The notes under the pieces were generated by a model, which had not been told where the DNA came from, made no database searches, and worked only from the letters and a program-made list of their open reading frames with translations. From Octopus sinensis (lineage: Eukaryota): a stretch of 64,000 nt of DNA. The stretch's first letter is position 1, and every line of letters starts with the position of its first letter. The position numbers and the translations under genes are program-made. The stretch is from the NCBI RefSeq assembly GCF_006345805.1, contig NC_043004.1, forward strand, positions 75,702,001 to 75,766,000, written 5' to 3'. Positions 27,184-41,160 of this stretch are shown one piece after another.

Positions 27184-30018
27184 CTAGTCTTGCCGGGTCT
27201 TCTCATGCACAGCATACTTCCATAGGTCTCGGTCTCTAGACATTTCCTTAGTGAGACCTAAAGTTCGAAGGTCGTGCTTCACCACCTCGTCCCAGGTTTT
27301 CCTGGGTCTACCTCTTCCACAGGTTCCCTCCACTGCTAGGGTGTAGCACTTTTGCACACAACTATCTTCAGCCTTTCTTGTCACATGACCATACCAGCGC
27401 AGCCGTCTCTCTTGCACGCCACAACTGACGCTTCTTAGGTTCAGCTTTTCTCTCAAGGAACTTACACTCTGACGATTATGAACACTGACATTACACATCC
27501 ATCGGAGCATACTGGCTTCATTTCTTGCGAGCTTACGCATATCCTCAGCAGTCACGGCCCATGTTTCACTACCATGTAGCATGGCTGTACGTACACATGC
27601 ATCATACAGTCTGCCTTTTACTCTGAGCGAGAGGCCTTTTGTCACCAGCAGGGGTAAGAGCTCTCTAAACTTTGCCCAGGCTATTCTTACTCTAGCAGTT
27701 ACACTTTCAGCACACCCACCCCCGCTACTGACTTGGTCTCCTAGGTAGCGGAAGCTATCAACTACTTCTAGTTTGTCTCCCTGGAACGTGGCAGAAGTTG
27801 GTCTCTGCATATTTCCAGTGTTTATTGCTCCTGAGCATTTGCCACAGACAAAAACTATTTTCCTAGTTAGCCTTCCTTTGACATTGCTGCACCTCTTATG
27901 TGTCCATAGCTTACACTTGGTGCATCTTATAGAGTTTCTACCTACACCTTTTTTACAGATCGAGCAGGGCCATCTACCTGAAGGCGTTTGTGATTGATCT
28001 ACCTTCCTACTTATTAGAACTTTGGTTTTGGCTAGGTTGATTCTAAGGCCCTTCGATTCTAATCCTTGTTTCCACACCTGGAACTTCTCCTCCAGTTCTG
28101 ATAGTGACTCAGCAATTAGAGCAAGGTCATCAGCATAGAGGAGCTCCCAGGGGCATCCTGTCTTGAATTCCTCCGTTATTGCCTGGAGGACTATGATAAA
28201 TAGGAGGGGACTGAGGACTGAACCTTGGTGGACCCCAACCTCTACCCGGAATTCTTCACTGTACTCGTTGCCCACCCTCACCTTACTAGCAGCGTCTCTG
28301 TACATGGCTTGCACAGCTCTCACCAACCATTCTTCTATCCCTAGTTTCCTCATTGACCACCAGATAAGGGACCGGGGGACCCTGTCAAAGGCTTTCTCCA
28401 AGTCAACAAAAGCCAGGTACAAGGGCTTATCTTTGGCTAGGTATTTCTCCTGCAGCTGTCTTACCAGGAATATAGCATCAGTAGTACTTTTCCCTGGCAC
28501 GAACCCAAACTGCATATCATCTAAGGTAACTCTCTCTCTAATTAGTTGGGCTACAACCCTCTCCGTAACCTTCATTACCTGATCCAGCAGCTTGATGCCC
28601 CTGTAGTTATTTGTCTCTAGGGCGTCGCCTTTACCTTTGTAGCAGTTGACTATTATGCTGCTACACCAGTCATTGGGTATGACCCCCTCGTGTATCACCT
28701 GGTTAACTATACGGGTGACTAAGCTATAGCCGACACCACCAGATATTTTGAGCATCTCTGCAGTAATTCCTGATGGGCCTGGGGCTTTCCCTGTTTTCAT
28801 GCTTCTAATTGCCTTATCTACTAAGGAACTGTTAACTCGGATTGCTGGTCCCTCTGTTGGGTCGACATTCGGCAGACTCTCTTTATCCCATTCATTTTCT
28901 TCATTCAGCAACCTATCATAGTGGCGTCTCCAAGTCTCTCTCTTTGCACCCTCATTAAGTGCAAGTGAACCGTCCTCCTTGCGAACACATTTCTCTCCTA
29001 CCACGTCACGATTCTCTCTCACACACTGTCTTGCAACACGAAATACCTCAAGTCTTTCATCCTCACGACGCAGGACATTGGCAAATTTTTCCTTCTCTGC
29101 TTCCCCTCTGGCTAGATAGACCTGTCTCCTGGCTTCCCTTCTGGCAGACTGATACACTTCCCTGCTACCACCGTTCTTCCAGGCCTTCCAAGCCTGTTTC
29201 TTTTGTCTAATAGCCCTGTCAACAATATTGTTCCACCACCACGTTATTTTGGGTCTTAAGGGGACTTTGCACCAGCCACAGATCTGGTCAGCGGCTTTCA
29301 GCAGGTTGTCCCTCAGAAGCGTCCAGTTGTCTTCTACCCCATGCGTAGCTATACTCCCTTCCATTTCGTCTAAAGCTTCAAATAACATATCTCTAAATCT
29401 CTGTCCATTCGCAGGGTCTTTAAGCTTCCAGACCCTTCTTCTCCATGTTGGTCGTCTTCTAGTCGCCCTCTTAGTCCTGATCCTAAAGTCACTAACTACC
29501 AGTCTATGTTGTGGGGTGCATTCTTCACTTGGGAAGGTTTTGGCATTTATAAGCAGCCATCTTTCCCTTTTTCTGACAAGGATGTAGTCGATTTGGCTAG
29601 TATGCCGGCCCGATCGGTAGGTGACCAGGTGGCTTGTCGGTTTCCTGAAGTTAGTGTTGCAAATCATAAGACTATTCGCATCGCAGAACTCCAGCAGCCT
29701 GGTTCCCTCCTCGTTGCGGGAACCATAACCGTAGCCTCCATGCACGCCATGGAAGCCCCCAGCACGTCGTCCAACATGCCCATTGAAGTCACCAGCCACA
29801 AAGAGAAGGTCCCTGTCGTTCGTCAATGATGTGGTCTGCAGTAGGGTGTCATAGAAACAGTCTTTCTGTCCATCAGGTAGCCCTGGCTGAGGGGCATAGG
29901 CCGATATAATAGTTGCTAAACTATGGTGGAGCACTAATCTAATCTTAATTATTCTGTCACTTACTCTGACTACCTCGATTACCTTATCTACCCATTTTTC
30001 GGCGATAAGCATGCCCAC
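27184..30018 (-). CDS. RTE ORF2: AP-endonuclease (N-terminally truncated), reverse transcriptase and internal PHD-type zinc finger
   Basis: 944-aa ORF. EN motifs [26 protein letters not shown] motifs [32 protein letters not shown]. The frame continues upstream ([13 protein letters not shown]) only to ~30050, so the first EN motifs are missing. Confidence 0.95.
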   Translation of the reverse strand: MGMLIAEKWVDKVIEVVRVSDRIIKIRLVLHHSLATIISAYAPQPGLPDGQKDCFYDTLLQTTSLTNDRDLLFVAGDFNGHVGRRAGGFHGVHGGYGYGSRNEEGTRLLEFCDANSLMICNTNFRKPTSHLVTYRSGRHTSQIDYILVRKRERWLLINAKTFPSEECTPQHRLVVSDFRIRTKRATRRRPTWRRRVWKLKDPANGQRFRDMLFEALDEMEGSIATHGVEDNWTLLRDNLLKAADQICGWCKVPLRPKITWWWNNIVDRAIRQKKQAWKAWKNGGSREVYQSARREARRQVYLARGEAEKEKFANVLRREDERLEVFRVARQCVRENRDVVGEKCVRKEDGSLALNEGAKRETWRRHYDRLLNEENEWDKESLPNVDPTEGPAIRVNSSLVDKAIRSMKTGKAPGPSGITAEMLKISGGVGYSLVTRIVNQVIHEGVIPNDWCSSIIVNCYKGKGDALETNNYRGIKLLDQVMKVTERVVAQLIRERVTLDDMQFGFVPGKSTTDAIFLVRQLQEKYLAKDKPLYLAFVDLEKAFDRVPRSLIWWSMRKLGIEEWLVRAVQAMYRDAASKVRVGNEYSEEFRVEVGVHQGSVLSPLLFIIVLQAITEEFKTGCPWELLYADDLALIAESLSELEEKFQVWKQGLESKGLRINLAKTKVLISRKVDQSQTPSGRWPCSICKKGVGRNSIRCTKCKLWTHKRCSNVKGRLTRKIVFVCGKCSGAINTGNMQRPTSATFQGDKLEVVDSFRYLGDQVSSGGGCAESVTARVRIAWAKFRELLPLLVTKGLSLRVKGRLYDACVRTAMLHGSETWAVTAEDMRKLARNEASMLRWMCNVSVHNRQSVSSLREKLNLRSVSCGVQERRLRWYGHVTRKAEDSCVQKCYTLAVEGTCGRGRPRKTWDEVVKHDLRTLGLTKEMSRDRDLWKYAVHEKTRQD

Positions 30019-30049
30019 ACCCCCGACTCCGTCAGTATTCCCAGCCCAA

Positions 30050-30137
30050 TGTATGTGTGTATATATATGTATGTATATATATATATATGTATGTGTGTGT
30101 GTATATATATATATGTATGTATATATATATGTATGTG

Positions 30138-30178
<41 letters not shown>

Positions 30179-30203
30179 ATGTGTATATATGTATGTACGT
30201 ATG

Positions 30204-30246
<43 letters not shown>

Positions 30247-30440
30247 ATATATATATGTATGTGTATTTATATATGTATGTATATATATATATGTGTATAT
30301 ATATATGTATGTATGTGTTTATATATATATTTATGTGTATATATGTATTTATGTGTATATATGTATGTATGTATACTTATATATAGATAGTTTGATAGAC
30401 AAATATATATATATATATATATACACATGCACACTCACAC
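30050..30440. repeat. TA/TG compound microsatellite
   Basis: Direct reading. Similar blocks at 20490-20650, 31990-32120 and 32860-33130. Confidence 0.95.
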
Positions 30441-30706
30441 ATAGAGATTGAGAGATCTTCATCATTATTTTGTTTCAGTCATTGGACTGTAGCCATGCTG
30501 GGGCACCACCTTGAAAATTTTTAGTCTGCAGAATGAACGCCTGTAATTGTTTTTTTAAGCCTGGTACTTATTCTATCAGTCTTTTTTACCAAACCACTAA
30601 GTCACAGGGATGTAAACACACCAGCATCAGTTATCAAGATGTTGTGGGGGTTAGATAGACAGATAGAAGTATGTATATATATATACACACACACTCTCTC
30701 TCTATC

Positions 30707-30830
30707 CGCTCAGTCGAAGTCGACTCTCGGTCACTCGTTGGATCAGTGTCCTCCAATCAGTTCTATCCTGGGCCGCTTCCTTCAGACTGGCCATGTCCAT
30801 TCCGGTATCACGCCTGATGGTGTGATACAC
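30707..30830 (-). mobile_element. 3' terminus of a second, BovB-like RTE family
   Basis: Minus strand reads IRRDTGMDMASLKEAAQDRTDWRTLIQRVTESRLRLSG*, resembling RTE/BovB C-termini from memory. Confidence 0.6.
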
Positions 30831-30956
30831 ACACACATATATATATACATAAATCCGGAGAAGCACACTCTAAGATGTAGAGCAGTATATATTTTTTATC
30901 TATAGATAGACAGATATAAATATGTATACATACACACACACACACACACATATATA

Positions 30957-31790
30957 TTGACTGCTGAGGACATGCATAAGCTTGCAAGAAATGAAGCTCG
31001 CATGCTCTGCTGGATGTGTAATATCAGTGTGCATACACAACAGGGTGTAAGCACCTTGAGAGAAAAGTTGCAAATAAGAAACATCAAGTGTGGTGTGCAA
31101 GAGAGACGACTGCACTGGTATGGTCATGTGTTGCGTATGGATGAGGACAGCTGTGTGAAAAAGTGTCACACCTTAACAGTAGAGTGAACCTGTGGAAGAG
31201 GAAGACCTGGGATGAGGTGGTGAAGCAAGACCTTCAAACATTGGGCCTCACAGAGACAATGACAAACAACTGAGACCTTTGGAGATGCGCTGTGCTTGAG
31301 AAGACCTGGCAAGCCAAGTGAGACTGTAACCGTGGCCAGTGCCAGTGTCACATAACCAGCCCCTTTATGAGTACCCTTCAATCATTGGGCAATATACTGT
31401 GCTTGAGAAGACCTGTTGAGTCAAGTGAAATCATTGTTGTGGCCGATGCCTGTGCCACCCGACTGATCCCGTGCCGGTGGCACATAAAAAGTACCATTTG
31501 AGCATGGTCATTGCCAATCCCGCCTGACTGGCTCCCATGCTGGTGGCATGTAAAAAGCACCATTCAAGCCTGATTGATGCCAGTACTGCCTCACTGACCC
31601 CCTTGCTGGTGGCATGTAAAAAACACCTACTACACTCTCGGAGTGGTTGGCGTTAGGAAGGGCATCAAGCTGTAGAAACCCTGCCAGATCAGATTGGAGG
31701 ATGGTGCAGCTTCCTGGCTTGCCATTCCACAGTCAAACTGTCCAACTCATGCTAGCATGGAAAGCAGACATTAAACGATGATGATGATAT
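30957..31790 (+). mobile_element. Older, degenerate 3' fragment of the same RTE family
   Basis: TAEDMHKLARNEARMLCWMCNISVH aligns with the C-terminus of the 944-aa ORF, followed by the same 3'UTR and (ATG)n tail. Contains stops and shows CpG decay. Confidence 0.9.
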
Positions 31791-32019
31791 ATATATATAT
31801 ATTAGATTATAGACAGATAGATAGATATAGATTATATGTATTTATATATGTAGATGGATAGATATAGATTTTATATATAATGTTTGTAGAAAAACATAAA
31901 TCCAGATATGAAGCACACTCTAAGATGTAGAGCAGTATTTATTTTTTACTGGGGAAGGCTAGTTTATGGGATTACCCTGGGTTTCCCATCCATAAAGAGT
32001 TTAACTTCATGGCTTAAAA

Positions 32020-32055
<36 letters not shown>

Positions 32056-32079
32056 CATACATGCATACATACATATGTA

Positions 32080-32123
<44 letters not shown>

Positions 32124-32904
32124 CATATTCATTCTAGATGTTGCTTGCTATTATTGTCATTGTGTGGTTAGGGAGAGTGTTTTACTAATCTTTTATTCAG
32201 GCAAACATGAAAGCCAAGATTTTAAGGAAAAGGGGAAATGAGAGTTGTGATGATTATGGTGTTGAAAGAATCTAATGTGAATGAATGAAATAGCTGCAGC
32301 CTAGAAGTAGAAACTAGTTTACGAACTTGGCTCACCTGACCGCATAATTTTACACTACAGTGATTACCAAAATATTAATATCCAATTAAGATCATAAACG
32401 AGTATGTCAGTCTTGCTCCTTTCAGGAGGGTGAAATAGGAATATTCTAATGTATAGTTGTGTGTATTGGGATGAAATCTTATAGGATATTCTAGAACTGT
32501 AACTAAAGTGTAAGCTGTTTGTTGACAAATCTATTGGAATGCTTTTTAAACTAATGTATTCCGTAAGATTGATGAACAATGGCATTGTTCGTTAAGTGAA
32601 CAATGCTCGTTTCTCCAATTATTGTCAAATCATACAGTTGTTTTAATTTGTCACTAATGAAGGAAGCGGTGGGAGGTAAGTAGGTGAAAGTCACTAATTA
32701 TGATTATCACATATTGTACAGCATGTGTGCGTTGAAAATTAGGTGGGATCTTACCATTTAATCATATATATCTACATGTAATTTGCTAATTAAGATAATC
32801 AATATAATTAAAGTCAACTGAGAAAGGTAAAATTGTAGGTTTACATTTTCAAATGACTGACAGATACGTGTGTGTGTGTATGTGTGTGAATATTCATATA
32901 GGTG

Positions 32905-32969
<65 letters not shown>

Positions 32970-33005
32970 TATATATATGTTTGTGTATTTGTATATGTGA
33001 ATATT

Positions 33006-33040
<35 letters not shown>

Positions 33041-33705
33041 TGTATATATATATATGTGTTTGTGTATTCGTATATGTGAATATTTGTGTGTGTGTACATA
33101 TATATATTTATATATTATATACACATACACACACATAGCTGAACTCTCATATTTGAAAATTGTAGTCAAGATCTATTTTATGAGATGTGTGTGTGTGTGT
33201 ATGTGTATTGATATATTGATATTTAAATGTTCTGTTTTTAACTCTTCCCTTGTCCTTTCGAACACAGTGAATCAGCTGAATTACAAGTGTATCATCACAT
33301 GAGATGCAGATGAAAAAAACAATCTCATTGTAGTATTATTATTGAGTGTACATGATGATCTGATGCTCTGGAGTTGCAACTAATAATCATTGAGTGTTAT
33401 TGAGTGGTCCCAGTTAGCACAGAGCCATGACACGGAAACAACCAACCAGCTTTGGTTGCTGTGAGCATGATTGATGCAGTTTTATTACTGGTGAGGTGGA
33501 GGCCTTAATGCCATCACTTGGGTTTTTTCGTTACTTTATTTCCTTTTTTGTATATCAGACTATCAAAGAGTTAATGTTGTTAGTATATCATCAATTATCT
33601 TGCCCTGATGTTTAACTCGCTAGAAGATAGGTTGAACTTTTTTTTATAAATGTCAATAAATTTGAATTTGTTTGTCAGGTAAAAAAAAAGTACTTGTATT
33701 GTTAA

Positions 33706-33975
33706 CCCTTTGTTTGTCCTGTGAGTCATATGTGACACACAAGATTTATTTCCTTGGCGTTCATACATCATATATGTACACATTCCCAGTTTTTGTTTGT
33801 TTTGTTTTGTTTTTTTCTTTTCTTCTTTCTTTTCAACTGCAATTGTAATTTGGGACTTATGACAAGAAGACTTCATATTACTTAGAACCTATGGAACCAG
33901 AGCTAACTAAAAGTCTGAAAGCAAAGCATGAATGTTTAAGACAAACTTATGAAAATATTTTTGATAGACAAAGGG
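33706..33975. mobile_element. piggyBac-type MITE (TTAA TSD)
   Basis: TTAA|CCCTTTGTTTGTC ... GATAGACAAAGGG|TTAA. Confidence 0.6.
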
Positions 33976-36900
33976 TTAAAATCAAAGTCAGTTTTAACCT
34001 GCTACATTAACGCATAAGCGTTCATATTTTTCTGTCAAATGCAACACTTATTTGTTCACGTTGGTTTTGAACTAATCATGCGTTATCTCACAGCTTCAAG
34101 ATTTCAACGATGTGATCTTTTATTTTTAGAATGACATTGTAATATAAGTGTAAGAGGCTGGATCTGGTTGTTTGAAAATAAAACAGGGTGAGTATTTGGG
34201 TTGGATATGGCCAGTTTAAATGCTAAAGGGTTAAGTACGCTAATTTGGAATATTTATGAAACATACAACATTAGTCATTTATGAAATTTGAGAAATAAAT
34301 AATAAAACCATGTCAAGTAGAATTGTGGGTTCAGAAGTTTGGCTTACAAATACCTGGTTCCTGATTCCATTCCACTGCTTGGCACATTTGCCTTACAAAC
34401 ACCTGGTTCCTGATTTCATTCTACTGCTTGGCACATTTGGCAAGTGTATTCTGCTACAATCTTGGCTTCATCAAAAGTTTGCAAGTGAAACAACAGAAGC
34501 CCATTGGAACATATGAATATTTATTTCTTTATTGCTCACGGAGGCGGGGAGTTAAATATAGAGGGGACAAACAAGGACAGACAAAAGGATTAAGTCAATT
34601 ATATCATCCCCAATGCGTAACTGGTACTTATTTAATTGACCCCGAAAGGATGGAAGGCAAAGTCAACCTCAGTGGAATTTGAACTCAGAACGTAATGGCA
34701 GACAAAATACCGCTAAGCATTTTGCCTAAGCATTTCTGCCAGCTCACCGCCCTGCGTAACAGCAGACAAAATACTACTAAGCATTTCACTTGGCGTTGTA
34801 ACATTTCTGCCAGCTCGCCACCTTAGAAAAATTGAAAATATTACATTGAAGAAAAGACTATTATTTCATCTAAATGTAATTTTGTGGGGTTGAAGGAGAA
34901 AGAGATTGTGATTTTTAAGATGTTAAAATATAGTGAAACTTAAAAGGGAGGAATCTCAAGTGGTGTACAAGGGAGTGCTGAAAAGTTCCTGGCTATGGGT
35001 GAAAGAAAATATAGGAAGCAAAGTGGCTGAGTTACTTTTGAGTGTTGGGCCTCACGGAAGCAATGACCAAGACCTTTGGCATTATGTCGTGACAGATACC
35101 AGTGTCACACAAATGGCAGCCATGCCGGTGACATGTAAAAGCACCCATTACACTCTTAGAGTGGTTAGTGTTAGGAAGTGCCTCCATCTGTAGAAAACCA
35201 TGCCAAATCAGACTGGAGTATGTATATACAATGGGCATCCACACAGTTTCTGTCTACTAAATCCACTCACACGGCATTGGTTTGCCTATGGCTATAGCGC
35301 TAGACACTTGCTCGATATGCTACACAATGTGATTGAACCTGAAACCATATGATTGCCAAGCCACACTGTCCTAATGTTTTTTTAGCATTAAGCTGATTCT
35401 TGGAATGTAACTCAACAAAAAGTCCTTTCATAAAATTATGTTGTGTTTTTTTTTTTTGTTTTTTGAAGTTTCAAAGAGGCAGTTTGGTCTCCTAAAACAG
35501 AGGCATTGTCTGGCGAGTTGGTATCCTGACCAACCTTCCGTTGTAGTTCTTGTCAGTTCTACTTATGGATTCAAAACTTTGGGAAAATGTGGTCTCTTCT
35601 GTTGCAGTTTTAACTTCTTATAGATGATAACATACAATGATGCTGACAGGACTGAAACATTGTGCCATAAAGTACAAAGCCTGGTTGTTTATCTCTCTCT
35701 GATCTACCTCACTGTTGCAACTAAAAACAGCTTCAAATACTAAACACGTAATTGAAATGACTTCATCCATTACGAGGAGTGAAGCCTGTTATAAGTTTCT
35801 TGATAACTGATAAAGTTGTCTACTTTTCTCTAATACAATGATTCTCGCCCATTTCTTTACCTATGAATGTCTTTGATTTCTGTTTTATTCTCCTGGACCC
35901 TCAGAGCGATTAAATGTTTGAAAAAAACCCTATTATATTTTTATAATTAAGTATTATTAGGAATTGTATAAAAAAAATTATTGAAATATTTTATGTTTTA
36001 GTATAACCAATCTATTGCATATAAATTTTAACAGCAAAATCTTAAATATGAGCCCCAGTTGAAAACCTCTGGTCTAATAAATCAGAAACCATTGGGTTTT
36101 TAACTCCGTTTTATATTTTAAGGCATTATATTTTATGTCAGCATGATTAGATTTTTATTTTGTATTTGCCAACTTAAAGAAGAAAGGACAGCTTCTGTGA
36201 CCTTTTTTAGAATCTCTCAACGTAATTAATGCTCAGTTTGAATGATGGCTGTTGTTGAAAGAAAAAGATGAACGGAGTGGGAGTTACTGAGGAATGTAGT
36301 TCTAGATAAGAAGGCTTGGTCAAAATGTTTAGTGAGAAAAATGAAATTTGAGATACAGTAGTCGTGGTGATGGTGGAGAGTGGATGTAAGTGGCTTGAAA
36401 TTGGTTAGTTCAGAAGAATCAAGGCCACATATGTTAACTGCAAGAAACACAGCCAGATAACAAAGTGTATGTTTGCATATCAAACAACTTGGCTTTTTTC
36501 TTGGCTACTGTCTAGACTGTTTGTGTATAAAAGTGGATGTTCTGCTCCAGATATGTTGACACTATTTTAATGATTGGCAAGTTTGTACTTTTGCGAAGTG
36601 TTAGTAGCTTGTTTTAGGGCCTGAGCATTATCTGGTATTCTACAGCAAACCAGTCTGTGCGATATGGTTTTGGGTTTTGGCTATGTGAAGAATCCTAGAT
36701 TGCCATAAAATGTTTTCAAAAATGACTCTTAGACAGTGTGAGTTGGGTTTGGTTCTTCTCAACAATGCCTTGTTGTGGAGATCAGTGTTGCCTGGCTGTG
36801 GATATTGTTACTTTGAAATATGATTCATCTGTCTTTTTATAGAGACTTGTGTAAACACTAGGAAACTTAAATAACAATGATTATATTTCATTAATATGTC

Positions 36901-37851
36901 TCCCATGTTTATCAAAGAAGGATTCGAAATTAAAATACAGAGTGACCTACGTAATTAATTCAAAGTTCCTAAAAATTTTTATTTACGCTTTTTAAATAAT
37001 TCAAAAACAAGAATTTTTTTTTTCATATATTTTTCTTTTTTTTTTTCAAGATTAAGTCAATTAAACTGACTTGTTGAATTCCATTAATACCTTGTACATA
37101 TCATATATCTGCTGTCTATTTCTTAATGGCTGGTTCTGCTTCGTGCTTTTTTATTATTTAACTTTGTTTGTTTTCAACATGCTACACTATCTTATATCTA
37201 AATAACAGGCACAGGTGTGGTTAAGAAGCTTACTTCCCAGGTTCAGTCCTTCTTGATGCCACCTTGGGCAAGTGTCTTCTGTTATAGCCCTTGGCCAACC
37301 AAAGCTTTATGAGTAGATTTGATCAATGGAAACTGAAAAAAGCCCATTTTGTATTATATACATATATACACAATGGGCTTCTTTTATTAAACTGCATTTG
37401 GTGGTGAGGCTGTAGTTCTGGAGCTGTGGTGAGCATGGAATTACTCCTTAGTTACCATTACTCTCAGGTCTATTCTGACCCGGAATGGTAGTACCTGTCA
37501 GAGTCCCATCTAAATGTGAGATAGATTTCCTAGGAGTAGAGGAGACTCTAGTCAGTTTTGACAAAGTCATGAAGAAAACACCTCTTCTAGGAGAAAGGTA
37601 GTCTGCTATAAAACTTGCAATGGAAACAGCACCGGTCATCTTGCAATGCTTGTCACTGGAACCTACTCTGGTGAGCGAGAGAGCAACAGAATTATTGTAT
37701 AAGCTTTTATCAGTTAAATCCAGTGACACACAGATGTCTCACTATTCATTTCATTTCTTGCCTGAAAAGTTATTTCTGCACACCTGCAAAGTGAATCAGA
37801 ACAATCAAGCTGACAAGGCAAGGCAATCATCATCACCATATACATATATAC

Positions 37852-37882
<31 letters not shown>

Positions 37883-38530
37883 CATGTATGTGCAGGCATG
37901 GGTGTATGGTAAGAAGCTTGTTTCTCAACCACATGGTTCCATATTCAGTTCCACTAAATGGCACCTTGGGCATGTGTTTTGTAATATAGCCTTGGGCCAA
38001 CCAAAGCCTTGTGAGTAGATTTGGTAGGCAGAAGCTGAAAGAAGCCCGTCATATATATATATATATATATATGCGTGTTTAGCATCGTCAATGGATGCAT
38101 GAGTGGCTGTGTGGTAAGTAGCTTGCTTACCAACCACATGGTTCCGGGTTCATTCCCACTGCATGGCACCTTGGGCAGGGGTCTTCTACTATAGCTTTGG
38201 GCCAACCAAAACCTTGTGAGTGGATTTGGTAGAAACTGAAAGAAGCCCATCATATATATGTATGTGTGTGTATATGTTTGTGTGTCTGTGTTTGTCTCCC
38301 CAACATTGCTTGACAACCGATAGTGGTGTGTTTACATCCCTGTAAATTAGTGGTTTGGCAAAAGAGACCAATATAATAAGTACTAGGCTTCCAACGAATA
38401 AGTCCTGGGATATATTTGCTCAACTAAAGGTGGTGCTCCAGCATGGCTGCAGTAAAATGACTGAAACAAATAAAAGCGTAAAAGAGAAATATATAAATTT
38501 TGGATTAGTTAAGATATGTCCGTGACATAC

Positions 38531-38565
<35 letters not shown>

Positions 38566-40879
38566 CATGCGTGCGTGCATGTGTGTGTAGTCATGTGTGT
38601 GTCATTTGGTGTCTCTTGGACTTGACCTCATGTAATTTGTGTAAATAAGTGTCCCTGTTGTATAGGTGGTGTCCAGGAAAATCTGCCTCAATAAATTCCA
38701 TCCAACCCAAGTGAGCATCGAAAAGTGAACCTTAAATGGTAATGATGAGGAGGAGGAGGTGGAGGATGCAAGACCTTAATATACTTCAACATATTTGTAC
38801 ATAAGTATTAATAATTCTGCGGACCCATGGCCTGGTGGTTTGGGTATGACTTTCACAATCTTGTGATCATGGTCTCAGTTCCCAAACCAGCATTGTGTTC
38901 TTGAGCAAGAAACTTCATCTAATGTTTCGCTGCAATCATTTTGACACCTGACATGTGCTACACCGTGCATGTGTTTAACCAACATCGATTGGATGGAGGC
39001 AGTGAGCTTACGTACAGCACACACATTTGGTCATTATGAACAAATCATTAGTGAAGGTCATTCAGCCAGAAATTCCAGGATTGTCTTTCTTGGATTGTGG
39101 GAGACTGCCATCATCATTAATAATTCTAAATGAAAAGGTGACTTTTTTAGGCATGGCTGTGTGCTAAGGCGCTTTTTGCCCAGCCACATGGTCTGCTACT
39201 CTAGCCTCAAATTGACCAAAACCTTGTGGGTTGATTTGGTAGACAGAAACTGAAAGAAACCTGTCATGTGTGTGTGTGTGTGTGTGTGTGTGTTTGTCCC
39301 CCACCAGCATTAGCCAACCAGTGTTGGTGTGTTTACATCCCTGTAACATAACAGTTCAGCAGAATACACTGATAGAATAAGGACCAGGCTTGAAAAAAAA
39401 ATTGATTAGTACAGGGGTTGATTCCTTCAACTCAAAATTCTTGAAGGCTGTGCCCCAGCATGGCCACAATCTAATGACTGAAATGAGTAAAAGATAAAAA
39501 GATAAAGATTGAATATTGTTTATCTTAACATGTGATGTTCTTTTAGTCTTTTACTAGTTTTGGTCGTTAGACTGCAGCCATGCTGGAGTACTGCCTATAG
39601 TCAAACAAATCAACCCCCAGACTTATTCTTTGTAAGCCTAATACTTATTTTATCGGCCTGTTTTGCTGAACCGCTAAGTTACGGGAACGTAAACACACTG
39701 ACATCAGTTGTCAAGCGATGGTGGGAAGCACAAACACACACACACCTATATATATATACACAATGGGCTTCTTTCAGTTTCCATCTACCAAATCCACTCA
39801 TAAGACTTTGGTCAGCCTGAGGCTATTGTAGAAGACACTTGCCTAAGGTGCCACACAGTGGGAATGAACCCTGAACCATGTGGTTGGTAAGCAAACTTTT
39901 TACCATGCAGCCAATCCTGTGTCTATGAGAGTTGTTTTGGAGATTTTTTTTTACATAAGATATGTGCTTTGGGGCCCCGTAATGATAGAAAATCCAGTTT
40001 GAAGATGTTGAAATATTCTTTTCAAGCTTTCTCACCAAACGATTGTGCTGTGTTATCCTGTTCCAATCTTCAATTAGCAGAAAAGAATACTTCCTGTTCC
40101 ATCATAGTGCAAAGACCATTAGTTTTAAATTCTACCACAGACCCATAGGCTTTGCAATGGCCTTAAATAATACCAAATCAATTAATCAAGCAGAATTGTT
40201 GTTGTTGTTGTTTTTTAATTGTCGACTAGTCAGAAAACAGTGTTAGATGTCAGTAGATAGGTCATTGCTCTTAACAGAACCAGTAAACTGATAGCTTATC
40301 ATTAAATCTGACTAAAACTCTATATCTATCTATTTATCTGTCCATCTCTATTTATCTCTGTCTCTTTCTGTCTCCCCCATTTCCTCTAACTTTTGGAAAT
40401 ATCTTCTTAATTGATGTAAAAGTGTGTAGATAATGAGCTCCGATCAAAGAACTATACTTAAACACAATGATATTATTTTTGCTCATACCTGCAGATGTGT
40501 TGTTATTAGATAAAAACAACCTGTTATTAAACTTGTGCCACATCTTCTAATTATAAACAATTTACTTAACACACAATCTTTACTCATCAATTTACAATAA
40601 ATAAATGAACATTTCCTTCCCACCCCGTCTCCATTTTTCAACCTCCACATCTTCATCTTCATCACACACACACAGAGCTTCAATTCTTTCTCTTTGCTCT
40701 TTTCTCTACCCTGTCTATCTCCTTTTTCGGTCTCTTATCTTTCCCTCTAACAACAACAACAACAATAAACAGTACAAGTCCACCACCCCCGACCCCACCC
40801 ACCTCATATTTCAATCTAATCAACTATCTTGTCTGCTGTTAAGTTTTTGATAAACAATTTAATTTCTTTATTACCACAT

Positions 40880-40883
40880 TCTG

Positions 40884-40920
<37 letters not shown>

Positions 40921-41160
40921 CTATCTATCTCTATCTCTCTCTCTCTTGCTTTACTCCCTCTCTCTACATATATATGTGTATGTATCCTTACCTCCTTGTT
41001 GCTCTCTCCCTTTCTCTCTCTCTCTCTCTCTCCTTATCCTCACCCTCTCATTCTTCCTTACTCCTCTTTCTCTCTTTCAACTTACTCCCTCTCTCCCTCT
41101 TTCTCTCTCTATATATATATATATCCTTACCCCCCTCTCTCTCTCATTCTCTCCTCTTCC
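40880..41160. repeat. (CT)n-rich polypyrimidine tract
   Basis: Direct reading. Confidence 0.9.

Larger units (their letters stand above)
26492..30050 (-). mobile_element. Young RTE-clade LINE, 5'-truncated, with ~690-nt 3'UTR and (ATG)n tail
   Basis: Contains an uninterrupted APE-RT ORF. The 3'UTR has 62-bp tandem repeats and a CCATGCTAGCATGG palindrome and ends GGACGCTAAA(TGA)n. CpGs are retained. Both ends are embedded in TA/TATG microsatellite. Confidence 0.95.

Noticed and set aside
36226-36900. Unique-looking segment with a minus-strand 85-aa ORF
   Set aside because: Stops occur in all frames over the longer region and no domain was recognised. Probably a decayed transposon.
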